DNA from: Parasitella parasitica NRRL 2501
Lineage: Eukaryota; Fungi; Mucoromycota
NCBI GenBank assembly: GCA_025201805.1
Contig: MU619342.1
Location: 1 to 64,000 of the forward strand
Reading direction: 5' to 3'
DNA: 64,000 nt
Position 1 is the first letter of the stretch. Every line of letters starts with the position of its first letter. Made by a program: the position numbers and the translations under genes. The notes beneath the pieces were generated by a model. The model made no database searches and had not been told where the DNA came from. It saw nothing but the letters and a program-made list of their open reading frames with translations. Positions 12,886-24,343 of the stretch are shown here, piece by piece.

Positions 12886-15009
12886 ATGTCATCTATGTCA
12901 TCTGCTTTTAATGGTCGCATAAGACGCCTTATTGCTATTGATGATTAATAAGAACGAATGTCAGATCAGTCAGTCTTGCGGACTAATCAGCATTTGAACA
13001 GCCAATTTACTTTCATGATGCATAAAATCAACAACAATCACAACCAAGAAGTTGGGCATAACTCTCATCACAATTCCCTGTCAAATGCAATATCCTTTCA
13101 GTTACAACAGCAAAATCGACAACCAAGGGCAAGACAGCAACAAGACATAATCCAAACATTGAAAACAAGCCAGAAATTCCAAAAATCGCAGCTTCAGCTT
13201 GCTTTGGCAGGCTAAGGATACGGTAGATTGATAAATTAAAAATTTTGGACTAATACAGATAAAAACTGGTTCCAAACACCACATCCCATCCAAAACTAGC
13301 AAAGAAGACAAGAAATAAGATCTCTTCTTTTTTTTTTCTTAGCTTTTTTGTACGCCTGTCACCAAACATGAAGTTCAAAAAAAGACAGTAAGAATTTTAT
13401 GTTGCAGGCTCAACCATATCAACTCTCCAATTTCGTTTCTGAAGCCATCTAGTGGGCGTTGAAGCAAAATCCAGACATCTGAAGAGAAAACAGAAGACTG
13501 AAATGCCTTGCAGTTGCAATTTCGAATCTGTCTTCTAAATTCAATTGTACATTGCAGAAAGAAAAGTATTAGAATACCCAAAGAAGCAGAAGCAAAAATC
13601 AAGAGTCCAGGAAAAATCACAACAATGTTAAACCCCGTATATACTCAGAATAAAAAGGCTGCAAGTTCAAAGAAGAATTATGAATACTGGACAGAATTTG
13701 TGGGAGCTGAACACTTGACTCTACCTCGCGCTCTCACTTTAGGCTCCCAGCAAACCAATGAAGATACCGGAAAAAGAAGACCATAGAAGACAAGCACAGA
13801 GTTTTGAAGAAGGAAGAGGATCTTGGAAAAAAAAAATAGTCTTTATCAATGCTCAACAGCTAATGGTTTGGAGCAAGCCTATTCGCATTACACTAATGCG
13901 CACGCATCGTTGCGCTCATTCTATTTTAATCAATCCATGACAAAAAAAAAAAGAAGACGGCTGCAGCTCTCTTATAGAAAAGGCTCTGAAGACTAGCAGC
14001 TTACGAGAGAAAGAGTTCTGTGTTTAGGATGCAGATCAAATCTTAGCGGTAATAGATTATACTCTGTATAATCTATCATAAAGCGAGCGAGCATGAGTAG
14101 AAATGTGTAGTAGAATGGAATGACTTTATTTAGACATGCAAAGAGACATGAGTGGTGCCATTGAATGGCTGATCTTTATCCCAGTACAAAGTGGTGATAT
14201 TCTATGACATATGGTTCCTGAAATCGGTGTTAAATCCTGATGAATGTTCTTCCATCAAAACTATTATTAACAACATTCTATTGTTCATACGTATTTGCAC
14301 TCTTGTCTTACTGGTAACTTGGAAATTCTGATCCACCAAGCTCCTAGGGATTGGTTCAAGGCGTACCCAATTATCCCTCATCCTAGATCATGGTCTTATT
14401 GCAGCGGTACTGTCAAATAACTATAAATACCTTCAAAGTGTACACTAATTTAAATCCTCATTCAATCTTGAAATAGCAAAATAGATATATTCAGTTCTAA
14501 TTGTATTTTTTCTGTCTATATTTTGTTATTTTAAACATTCTGAAGCAAAGAAGCCGATTTTGTTTGTCGGTGATCGTAGACACGGATTCGGCTCTCGCAT
14601 CAAAGGACACAAACGATTTGATGACTTCTGGAAACAGCAGTGACATGGCCGCTATACACCAACGCTGATAACAAATGAACATAATATGCCGCAAACGTGT
14701 ATATTTTCTGCTTCCACAAGCTCTCTCACCCTGTGGCTGCTCTCAATGGGAAAATACAGCGAACAACCGTTTCATTCCTTTGCTTGAATTCCGAATGCCC
14801 CAATGCTTTCCAAGACAATGTGCCGCGACCAGATCTCAGCACTTGCAATTGGCTTTGCTGATTTTGGTTGCTTTTGTTTGGAAAAACTTTCCCTATTTTG
14901 ACCCAAACCCTACCACTGCCAAGCGCACACAATTCAGCAATTTAGCCCTATCTATTTTTACAGAAAACAGATATTGGGTTCGCCTTTCGATGGAGGCAAT
15001 ACTCTTTGA
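12886..15009 (+). pseudogene. Fanzor1 (eukaryotic TnpB-like RNA-guided RuvC endonuclease), decayed and interrupted by a solo LTR
   Basis: Translating across frameshifts gives KTVRIL (~13383), YEYW (~13680), LRSFYFN (~13910), RLAAYERKS/SEAKKPILFVGDRRHGFGSRIKGHKRF. Then ITNEHNMPQTCIFC (RuvC-II Glu at 14677-14679 plus CxxC), FLCLNSEC, and CRDQISALAIG (RuvC-III Asp at 14827-14829), ending FPYFDP...DGGNTL* in one shifted frame. Several stops and frameshifts; the RuvC-I segment appears deleted; the 5' limit is approximate. Confidence 0.85.
14021..14537 (+). mobile_element. Solo LTR (517 bp) of an LTR retrotransposon, inserted in the Fanzor ORF
   Basis: Termini TGTTTA...TAAACA (TG...CA, inverted). 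5-bp TSD TTCTG at 14016-14020 and 14538-14542. TATA-like CTATAAATA at 14421. Removing it restores the Fanzor frame (ERKSSEAKKPILF). Confidence 0.88.
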
Positions 15010-15200
15010 AAGTAAGTAGACAGATATAAAAAGCGGGGATAACTCAATATTAATCGAGCGCTGCATCTTTGATTTGACCTTTTAAGACCACTGGGAAAGT
15101 GGCATTTCGATTTCTTCTTTCGGGATTTAGCTTGCAATACTGTGAGCACGGAGCAAAACACAAAAATAAAGTTACTTGATTGGATGGCCCAGTTATGAAA
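14970..15200 (+). ncRNA. Candidate Fanzor omegaRNA scaffold / element right end
   Basis: Overlaps the last codons of the Fanzor and runs 3' of them. Stem-loops at 14982-14997 (GCCTT..GAGGC), 15088-15102 (CCACT-GGGAA-AGTGG), 15116-15125 (UUCG loop) and 15132-15156 (TTGC..CTGT-GAGC-ACGG..GCAA). Boundaries are inferred. Confidence 0.55.
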
Positions 15201-15232
15201 GTCAATAGTATATAAATGTATTTAAAAATGGA

Positions 15233-16874
15233 TTATTGTAACTGAATTGGCAAAAAGTTTCCTACAATGACAGTCTATATAAATTGTTAGCGAAAAGCTC
15301 ACATCAGCTACATAAACACTTACAGGAATATTATATTTATCACGACGGATGGTAAATGAAAAGCAACATGAAATAACACTTGTATTTTCTGGGTTAGGAC
15401 TTTTGAGTAAGCAGGATGTTAAAACAGCCTTTTGTCCTGGATCGAAAGCGATATTTCCGTACTTCTCCCAGTAGTTTACTGCTGATTCTTCTGCCATTAG
15501 TTCATAGATACACAATCTTCCCTCTCGTAGATTTTCAATTGGCACATTGACAAGTGCAGCAAATTCTTTGTTGCCTTTGTATATTTCACCTGTACGACGC
15601 CACAAACATGCTGGTATACCCATCGAACTAAACACACGATCATAGTCCTGATATATGCAGTACTCAGTAACAGAGATCATACATACAATACTTAGATGCT
15701 TACTAATAACAAGCGTTCAAATGCTTCCTCAACCAATATCAAATCTATGTCTGTCAATGACTGAGCAACAGATCTAAACGCAGGGCGAAATGTTCCCATG
15801 ACATTCAAGATTCTTTGTCTACTGGAAGCTGACATGTTGTTATCCATATATTTCTGTAATCTAGCATAGCCATTGACATAATTGTATGGCTTCAGAAAAC
15901 CAGCCTCATATTTGGCATTTATCACTTCGGTTAATCGATCTTCTAATTTACCATCGGATGGGTCAGCAGCTGTCAAAAAGAATCTTTCCGTTGTATTGAC
16001 AGTTGTATTGGGAGGGTTGTTGTTATGATTGCTGTTATTGGGCGTATTGTACATTCCTCCTTGATCATTTCCGGACCCTAATGAATCAAGAAAATCGCTT
16101 ATCACTGATATTTCGTTTCCCATTTGTTCACTTGCAAATGTAAGTTGACCTGCGCCCATTTGACCATAGAATTGAAGTGGAAGTCCTCCCAAGTTACTAT
16201 TTGATCCAATTGGCGCTTTAAAGTAAAGATTAATACAAAGCAAATTTTCACACACACGTGTGTTTTTGAATACTCACCATTTCCAATAGAGGCATTAGAT
16301 AAAGGGCCATAATTGCCACCATTTAAGCCTTGTTGAGTCATTCCGTCTTGTCGGTTATCTATTGGCTGATGCTGGCGTTGATGCTGCTGTTGTTGCTGCA
16401 GTTGTTGCTGTTGATGTTGCTGTTGATGTTGCTGTTGATGTTGATGTTGCTGCTGCTGTTGCTGCTGCTGCTGTTGCTGCTGTTGCTGTAAACGTTGCTG
16501 TTGCTGTTGTTGAGCTGAATTACTATTATTGCTACTATTGTTCGTTTTAACTTCATCATGACAAAGATGTCCTATACTACGCTTGATACAGCGCTGACAA
16601 GGACGACCTATTTAAACCGTTCAATACATATATCCCTCAACCGGATGTGGTAGGTAGTACCTTCATCGCAAGTCATATGTGAGCGTCTACAATAAACACA
16701 TGCTACATTTGTATTCTAAATTAACACACAGACATATTACCAAACCTTCAAATAAGACATACCATGAGTTACTTTTCGTCTTTTCGGGCCAGTGCGTTTC
16801 TTCTTTGCATCTTGATTATTTATTTTGTCTTCCGTAGGATCTGGCTGATCCGTGTTTGAGTTTGGGTCTGGCAT
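15233..16874 (-). CDS. RDS2: Zn(II)2Cys6 transcription factor with PAS-like C-terminus, RDS2/AcuM family (gluconeogenesis regulator); 6 exons
   Basis: Spliced N-terminus KRRKVTHACVYCRRSHMTCDEGRPCQRCIKRSIGHLCHDE, then polyQ. C-terminus DYDRVFSSMGIPACLWRRTGEI...AFDPGQKAVLTSC. Exons 16874-16763, 16702-16661, 16607-16278, 16215-15704, 15647-15324, 15274-15233. Confidence 0.9.
16372..16512 (-). repeat. CAG/CAA/CAT repeat encoding polyQ/QH in RDS2
   Basis: (TGC/TGT/TGA)n runs on the + strand. Confidence 0.9.
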
Positions 16875-17891
16875 GCTTTTTTCACACTTTTTTTTTGTAA
16901 TTTCTTTTGGCTGCTGAATATCTATTTTTTCATATCAAACTGTGCTGTTGACAAATTGATATTGTTTGAAAAAACAACAAAAAAAAAAAAGAAGAGTCGG
17001 AAAGAGACAAGGCTCATGGGTTAAAGTAGTTGTCCAGTTTTATAAAAAACGGTTTACCACTCGAGTTGATTGGCTCACACGTGATACGTTTTGAGTCAAA
17101 AATTTGTTCCAAATGTCAATAATAATAAGAATGAATGATCTTGATATTGAACACATGTTGTCATGACAATCCAATGAAAGTTGGGTTAATGTACTACAGC
17201 GATAATGTGATGTACGTATCATCACACCCTTGATCCAACCTCTCCTAATAATGTGTCATTTCAAAAGAAGAAAAAAAAAAAGAAAAAGCTACTTTTCTGA
17301 ATTGGATGCCGCAATTGCCTTATTTTGATTATTTATAGCCAAAAGGCTTCTTTGGATAACTACATATTGCATTCTTCAGGAACGTCTTGTTTAATTTACT
17401 GTCTTACGAACAAAAACGCTTTATTTTCAGACATACACGCCAAAACGGCTATTAAGATCTCTTCTGAGAAGTAATGATGACCAATTTCGCAAAACAAGAT
17501 CAAAGTTCATGGTTTTTGCGCATTTACGGAGCATGCTGTCTGATAGGTCTAAAAATAAAAAATTAAATGTGATATGTGTCAAAAATTACACTCTAGATGT
17601 TAAAAACAGTAATAGTTTCTGCCAAAAGGATTACATAAAAATTCTTTAACCATAAAATCGAATATGCTGAATAGCTTGGTTTTTAGCAACAAACAAGCTT
17701 TAATCTTTCGGTTAAATGGTATGGCATACATTTATATCCGTATTTTATTCTCGTTATATTTATACAAAGGCCAAAAGCTGTCTTGGGGAGCGGTAAATCG
17801 ATCTTCTTATTTGTCTACGAGCACCCGTAAGAATTTGAGCTCAACCATGCGCATTCGGTTTACCATGCAAATTTTAGTACTATATACAACA

Positions 17892-20640
17892 CTATAAAGA
17901 GCCCCACATTGACTCTGCCTTTTTAATTACGCTTTCTGGCAAACCTATATGCACAATACATTAGAAACAGATGAACCATACATGGCATTGAACATTTTTA
18001 CCTGCTAATTGCGCCACTTTAAGACCATGCGATTCTCGACACACACCTGGCTCTACCTTATGAACAAAACTCCAGTTGCCTTGCTCGTTTATTTTTAATC
18101 CAGTGCGATAGCATTTGAGATGCCCAAATTCTTGCACCGATTCTGTCAATTCATGGTAGTGCGTTGCAAAAATCGTCCTGCATTTTATCTTGTTGTGTAA
18201 ATAGTCCAAGATACCAAAAGCCAGCGAAAGGCCGTCGTTGGTAGATGTGCCTCTTCCCACTTCATCCATGATGACTGTGGATTTGGCAGTTGCTTGTTTG
18301 AGAATACTGGAAACCTCGGACATTTCGACCATGAATGTCGACTGATTTTGAGCCAAGTTATCAGCAGCACCGACACGACTGAATATTCTATCGGTAACAC
18401 CAATCCAGGCACGATTTGCAGGTACAAAGCAACCCATATGTGCCATCAATACAATAATCACATGCTGTCTCAAAAAAGTGCTTTTGCCTCCCATATTGGG
18501 GCCAGTCAAGAGCCAAATGCGTTGACCATCACCTACATCGCAATCGTTTTCTGTAAAGTTTTTACCTCTTTTTGCTAAACTGGTTTCTACTACCGGATGA
18601 CGTCCTCCTGTAATCATGGTGCGATTCACTCGAGTTAAGCGGGGCCTTACATATTGGTTTGTCACTGCAAGATGCGCAAAGCAGGTCAGTACATCCAGTT
18701 GTGCAAGCTTTCTGCAGCTTTGCAGTATGGTTGCACTTGTATCCAATAGTTTATCAACCACCTGTTCGAATACTTGGGCTTCTACCTGGATAATTTGCGA
18801 TTGGATGCTTTCTAACCGGACAGAAATAGAAGTCCATTCATCGAATTGGTACCTCTTTTTGGCTTTAGTGTGGTTTAGCGGCATGGCATTGGGAAAGCGG
18901 TCCAGGAACTTCTTGGATTGTCGAGTGCTGACCTCGATGATATGCTTAAGGGGCCCATCAGTAAGCAATGAGAGGGAATTTCCACACAAAGCACGAAGCT
19001 CATTCTGTAAAGCAAGTCGTTGAGTCTCCAATTGATCCAGTTCGGTATGAAGCTGCGATAGTGCTGGATGAAATGCGTGGTTGACAAAGCCGTACTCCTT
19101 GTTTTCTTTTGACTGAATCTTTTCGTAATCAAAAGCTTCTTGTATATGGTCTGCAATGCTATTGTGAGGGTTCATCTCGTTCATCAGTTGGTGCATTGGA
19201 GCAAAGGCCTGCAGTTTTTTGTGAATGTTTCTCATAACATCCAGAGTGAACCACACCTCCATCAAGTCCGAGTGTTGGCCTTTTTTCATTGTCAAGCGTG
19301 TGAGGGCTCTTTGAGCATCCGTGCTTTGACGCAGTAAATTGCGTACATCATCCAACAAGAATCTGTCATGCGAGAAAAATTCTACGATGTCTAGGCGCTG
19401 GTTGATATCAGAAACATTTGTTAAAGGGGAAGATATCCAACGTGCCAATAGTCTTGAACCTGCGCTTGTTGATGTGCGATCCAGCACCCCTAGCAGACTG
19501 TCTACCCTTCTTCCTTGTAAAGTCTTGACAAGCTCTAGTGACGCCATGGCTGCACTGTCGATACAGACCGAATCATGCGTGCTAAACCGGGAGGGCATTT
19601 GCCATTTCGGTTTTCTATTAATATGAGTTTCATTTACATACATCATTAACGCCATCCCTGCGGCTAGTTCAATTTGACTAAATCCGGGTGCATTGGCCGA
19701 GAATCGCTTGAACATTTGATTAAGAGTCATGATGGCCTTCTTATCACTAAATTGGGAATCTTCTTGGTAGCTTAGCGCAATACTCGGGTCAGAGACGAGC
19801 AATCTTGTGATGGGGTCGTAAGCATCTTGATCAAATAAACCTTGCTCCATGATTACATGTGAGGGACGCATGGACTCGGGTAGAATAACCTCTCTTGGTC
19901 TAATTCTGGCAAGATCGTCTTTTAAACTTGTTTGTGAAGAAAGCTGCATAACAAACTCTCCTACAGACACATCGACCCAAGCTAATCCAATATCTTCCTT
20001 ATTTGGAAAAATGGATAATAAATAATTGTATTGATTTGCTTCCAGAAACCGTTCTTCGATGACTGTCCCTGGTGTGATCACTCGGGTTACTCTGCGTTCC
20101 ATGGCGATAACGGTGCTGTCTTCTCTTGAAATAGGGCCCGATTGCTCACATAAAGCAACTTTGCAGTGCAGTTTATTCACCAGCAAATCAAGGTATCGAT
20201 CCAGCGACCGGGAAGGAAATCCTGCAAAATCAACAATTGTCCCTGACGCAATTAATTTTTTAGTCAACTTTAAATCAAGTTGAGGCGCAAATCTGCTTGC
20301 ATGATCTTCGTAGAGCTTTTTGTATTTGTTTAGTGTGCTATACGTGCAGATTGCTGAATCTTTCAGGAAATACCTCGTAAAAGTCGCCAACTTGAGTCAA
20401 TAAAACACAATGTGGGTATAGTTTTGTGTATTTTCTGACAGTATCTAACACAACAGAGCCTGTCGACAATGCAACATGTGCAAGTGGTTTCGTAGGTGGT
20501 TGTGGTTCAGGCAGAACTGCAAGTTCAGCCAAAATGTGGTTGGATACCCGTTTCCCAAGAATGGATGTACTCGAGAAATATCTAGGGATCAGCGAAATTG
20601 ATTTCCTCGCTATTGAGCGTCCAAGAAGCACTGAAGTCAT
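17892..20640 (-). CDS. MSH1: Mitochondrial MutS homolog MSH1 (exons 20640-20374, 20315-18002, 17944-17892)
   Basis: Basic mitochondrial-type N-terminus; LTQVGDFYELY mismatch-binding motif; LTGPNMGGKST Walker A; STFMVEM; DEVGRGTS; FATHYHEL; SHGLKVAQLAGLP. Confidence 0.93.
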
Positions 20641-22126
20641 GCTTCACGAATAAAGAGAGAATGGTAGTTTACTTGCCATGCAAAAGACTTTTTCCACTCC
20701 ATGCTGTACACACTGTGACTCTACTGTTCGGCACAGCAAAAGCAAATCTTGCCAAGATCCAGCAAGGCAACAGGCGATATACTTGATCACATCCCCAGTA
20801 CCTATGGGTTACGAATATCTGCTGTACTTGCCAGAAAGATTTATTTGGGTCAAGTGATGAGATTATAAAAGAGGCACTCTGAGAGCAAATGTTGGCCAGA
20901 GAACGAACCCATTTAGACGTTCAAATTAGTGTAATCAAATAGTATGCTATCGTAACTATAGATTACACGAACTATACTGAAGACAAAACGAAACTACAAA
21001 AAGAGGCACATATGAAGAATTTGCTCAATCGCAAAACATGAAAATGGCAGAGTTACAGAAGAGTTAAAAGGGCAAATACCACCACTTGGGATTAACTACA
21101 CGAAAAAGCATCTCATGTGAGTCAGATACAACAAGACATCTTGTTTCTTAAATTGCTAGATACGAATTCGCGCATCAATATATCTTGGACGCAGAAAAAT
21201 ATATCTTTGTGTTGCAATCAGAGCCGACAGATCAACAGATAAACAAAAAGGCACGGATTTTACTAGAAGTCAGCATGATGTAGGCAGGAGACCAAGATTA
21301 ATTAAAAAAATGAAATTTCAACACCATGTCCAAATGCTGATGACTTCTCCGAAGTAAAAAAAAAAAAAAAAAAAAAATCTTCTGTTTACGTAAATACATT
21401 CGCTTTTGACGATAAGGCTCTAATTGCTAGAATATTCGTTGTAGATCAGGCACAAGATGTGTAAATCCATACAAGTGTGGTGGTACAAGAAGTACTCGCT
21501 GTGTGATTTTTTGACGAGGATATTACAGTATAGCGTATAACGCTATCATTTAAGGACCTTTTCTGACAATGAACGCATAAAACCAGAATGCACACGGACA
21601 TGTTCCTGATTCCTTCTTGGTTCAATCCTATGACGGAAATTGTCTGAGTCAAATTTCCTAAAGTGTTACAAGATTCTTGGATGTCTTGCTTTTTCTCTTT
21701 TTTCATAAGATACGAAAGGGGGATGGGATTTGGGGGACCGAGTTATTGATCAAGCCATATGACCAAAGGATTTGGGAACAGCAGCATTTCTTTGACTATG
21801 AAAACACAGTAGGAAGGTAGAAATAGATGTACATGATGAATAGATGTCTTTTGTACCTTGATGCTGGAATCAGCTCACCAAAATAGTCATAATAGTATAG
21901 GTAAGCCAGATAAATCACACAACCATGGCCGTCTAATTTTTTCCTTCTTGTTCTTTGCTCCTTGTTTAGATCGATTTGGAATTCAAGAATTTTTTATTTC
22001 TTAATTTTTTTAAAAAAAAAAAGTCTGAACCATATGTTGCAATTGCTTCTTTTTTTCTGCATTCCTTCTTTCTTTCTTCTCTATTCTTTTTTTTTTTTCC
22101 TGTACTGTTGAAAGCCGTTTAATAGC

Positions 22127-24343
22127 ATGTCTCATGATGAGGATAATCAACAAGAATATATGAATGGAGCAACTGCAGCACCTTTTGACATAATAGAAGA
22201 ACGAGCTTTGGACGAAGATGACGATGGTGCGGAATCTGACTATTCTCTTGATTACGAGTATCTCGGTCCACGTAAAGCAAATTATAGAAACGAAGATGAT
22301 GCTGATTCAGTTGCGTCCGACTTATCCAGTACTTGCTGTGATGATGGTTTTGATATGTGGGACGAAGACCCATATAGCACCAATGACTTCACTTGGGAAT
22401 CTAATGACATGCGATTAACTTTTTTCATTAAAAAGAAACAAAGGCAGCTAGACACCATCAACAATATGGCGCCATGGCAACAAAGTACATTCTGGAAGAA
22501 AGAAAAAGGATGGCCTAAACAATTGCCTTCTTCTAATTCCACAACAAATCATGACCAGACAGCAAATGCGTTGTCACTTGTTTTATCGGATCTTGGTTCT
22601 TCTGAGAAGCTTCATGCTGTTTATAGAGACAGAATCATTGAATGTGGGAAATACGATGAAAAAAAAAAGCTTCTCAATACAGTCCAGCAGAAACCAATTG
22701 CAAATTCAACAACTTGGCTGGATAATGATGAAAAGAATGAAAGCATAGAAACTGCAACAAACTCATCTGATAAATTTATTGAAACGCATGCGTCCATATC
22801 ACATTCATCCATCAGCAGCACCTCCAGTACATATAATACCGACACCATCAGACTCACTGTAAATACTACTACATCAAACGACAAATTTATATCAAAATTC
22901 ATCCCTTACACAAAGTACATTCGACGCTCTCAATTCCCTGCCATTTCCCCTCAACATGCTTATTTATCTTTGGGATTTGAGCCCATGTGTTTGGCAGAAA
23001 AGTACGGATTCATAGCAATAGGTGGCATAGAAGGTGAATTTGAGCTTTATTGCTGTATGGATCATGCAAAGCCCATCAAGATCTGGGGAACAAAGTTCAA
23101 GGGTAAAAACAACGTACTACTCATGACCAATGCGCTGCAGATTGTCCGATGGCAAAACAAGGATCAAGACTATAGCTATTATCTCATTGCTTGCATGAAT
23201 GACGCTGGTATTCTCATCTATGATTTGCCTAATCATCGCCAATGCCAAAAACTTAATACATGCCATCTTCAATGTCATATCCGATCGTTTGATCGTGTTC
23301 CAATCAACGATGCACGCGTAAGTCCTGATGGCAGATTTCTGGTGTGCGTTGGTGATGAAGCTTGCATTTTTTATCTACCCATCTCCTTCAACAGACAAAG
23401 TAAAATCACATTTGGCGTTCCAGAAAAGTTAAAGATACCCTCCACTATCCTGTCGCTGCATCATAATCAGCAAGATAACAGTAAACCGCCAAACACCTCT
23501 TCCACATCGACATCGACATCGACATCGACATCAATATCGACATTGCCGTATTCATCAACATCAACATTGCAGCAATCATCACCTAGCGCTTCTACTCTTA
23601 TGAATACCTTTTCTTCACAATATGTTGCTTGGAGTAAATCATCCACATATTTTGCACAAACATCCGATACTCAGAACAGCGTATTCATATGGCGGACAAA
23701 GCCTCAATTTGAAATGCTCTATAGAATCGATGCTGGAGGTTACACTTATGCTATACAATTTCATCCTGAACTCGAAGGCGTCTTGGCATTTTCAAATCGC
23801 TATGGCTACTTGCACACAGTAAACTTGGAAGAATGTATTTCCCGGAAGGACCCACATCGTACCATACGCATCTTGGATTACGACCGCCAGACTTCTTATG
23901 CGCATGGTCATAGTTGTACAGCTGAATGTTTGCAAGGTGACGAGGCTGTCCATCATACTTTGCATTTATTTGCAAGACACGAAATCACCATGGTATCGTT
24001 CCGGGGAGAGAAAAACAGACGATTGCGGATTCTGGCCAAGATAAACGGGTTGCAGTGGTCTCGAGATGGGCGTTATTTATACGTCGCAACAAAGAAACGC
24101 GTGCTGGCATATGAGTTTTTACATTCATCTTGTCATATACAGAGTTTAGAGAAGATGGCTAGTCTAAAGGCTCTATCAATTCTGGAGGAAAATGAGCGCT
24201 TGAAAAACATAAAAAGAAAGAGGCAAGACGAGCAGGAAGAAACTGAAAGAAAACGAAGAGTTTGGTGCGAGAAGTGGCGTGAAATACCAGCACATGTTCG
24301 ATACAACGTATTGGGTGACACACATTTGGCCAGTCATTGGTAA
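22127..24343 (+). CDS. WD40-like beta-propeller protein (DUF2415-like), single exon
   Basis: 738-aa ORF with propeller-like segments INDARVSPDGRFLVCVGD, SQYVAWSKSS, AIQFHPE, INGLQWSRDGRYLYVAT and an acidic N-terminus. Confidence 0.75.
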   Translation: MSHDEDNQQEYMNGATAAPFDIIEERALDEDDDGAESDYSLDYEYLGPRKANYRNEDDADSVASDLSSTCCDDGFDMWDEDPYSTNDFTWESNDMRLTFFIKKKQRQLDTINNMAPWQQSTFWKKEKGWPKQLPSSNSTTNHDQTANALSLVLSDLGSSEKLHAVYRDRIIECGKYDEKKKLLNTVQQKPIANSTTWLDNDEKNESIETATNSSDKFIETHASISHSSISSTSSTYNTDTIRLTVNTTTSNDKFISKFIPYTKYIRRSQFPAISPQHAYLSLGFEPMCLAEKYGFIAIGGIEGEFELYCCMDHAKPIKIWGTKFKGKNNVLLMTNALQIVRWQNKDQDYSYYLIACMNDAGILIYDLPNHRQCQKLNTCHLQCHIRSFDRVPINDARVSPDGRFLVCVGDEACIFYLPISFNRQSKITFGVPEKLKIPSTILSLHHNQQDNSKPPNTSSTSTSTSTSTSISTLPYSSTSTLQQSSPSASTLMNTFSSQYVAWSKSSTYFAQTSDTQNSVFIWRTKPQFEMLYRIDAGGYTYAIQFHPELEGVLAFSNRYGYLHTVNLEECISRKDPHRTIRILDYDRQTSYAHGHSCTAECLQGDEAVHHTLHLFARHEITMVSFRGEKNRRLRILAKINGLQWSRDGRYLYVATKKRVLAYEFLHSSCHIQSLEKMASLKALSILEENERLKNIKRKRQDEQEETERKRRVWCEKWREIPAHVRYNVLGDTHLASHW

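Noticed and set aside
14675-15019. 114-aa ORF in the track treated as an independent gene
   Set aside because: It is mostly an off-frame reading of the Fanzor pseudogene; only its end (FPYFDP...) is in the true frame.
17474-17543. ATGATGA...CTGA spacing like a C/D box snoRNA
   Set aside because: No terminal stem and no rRNA-complementary guide that I can recognise; such motifs arise by chance.
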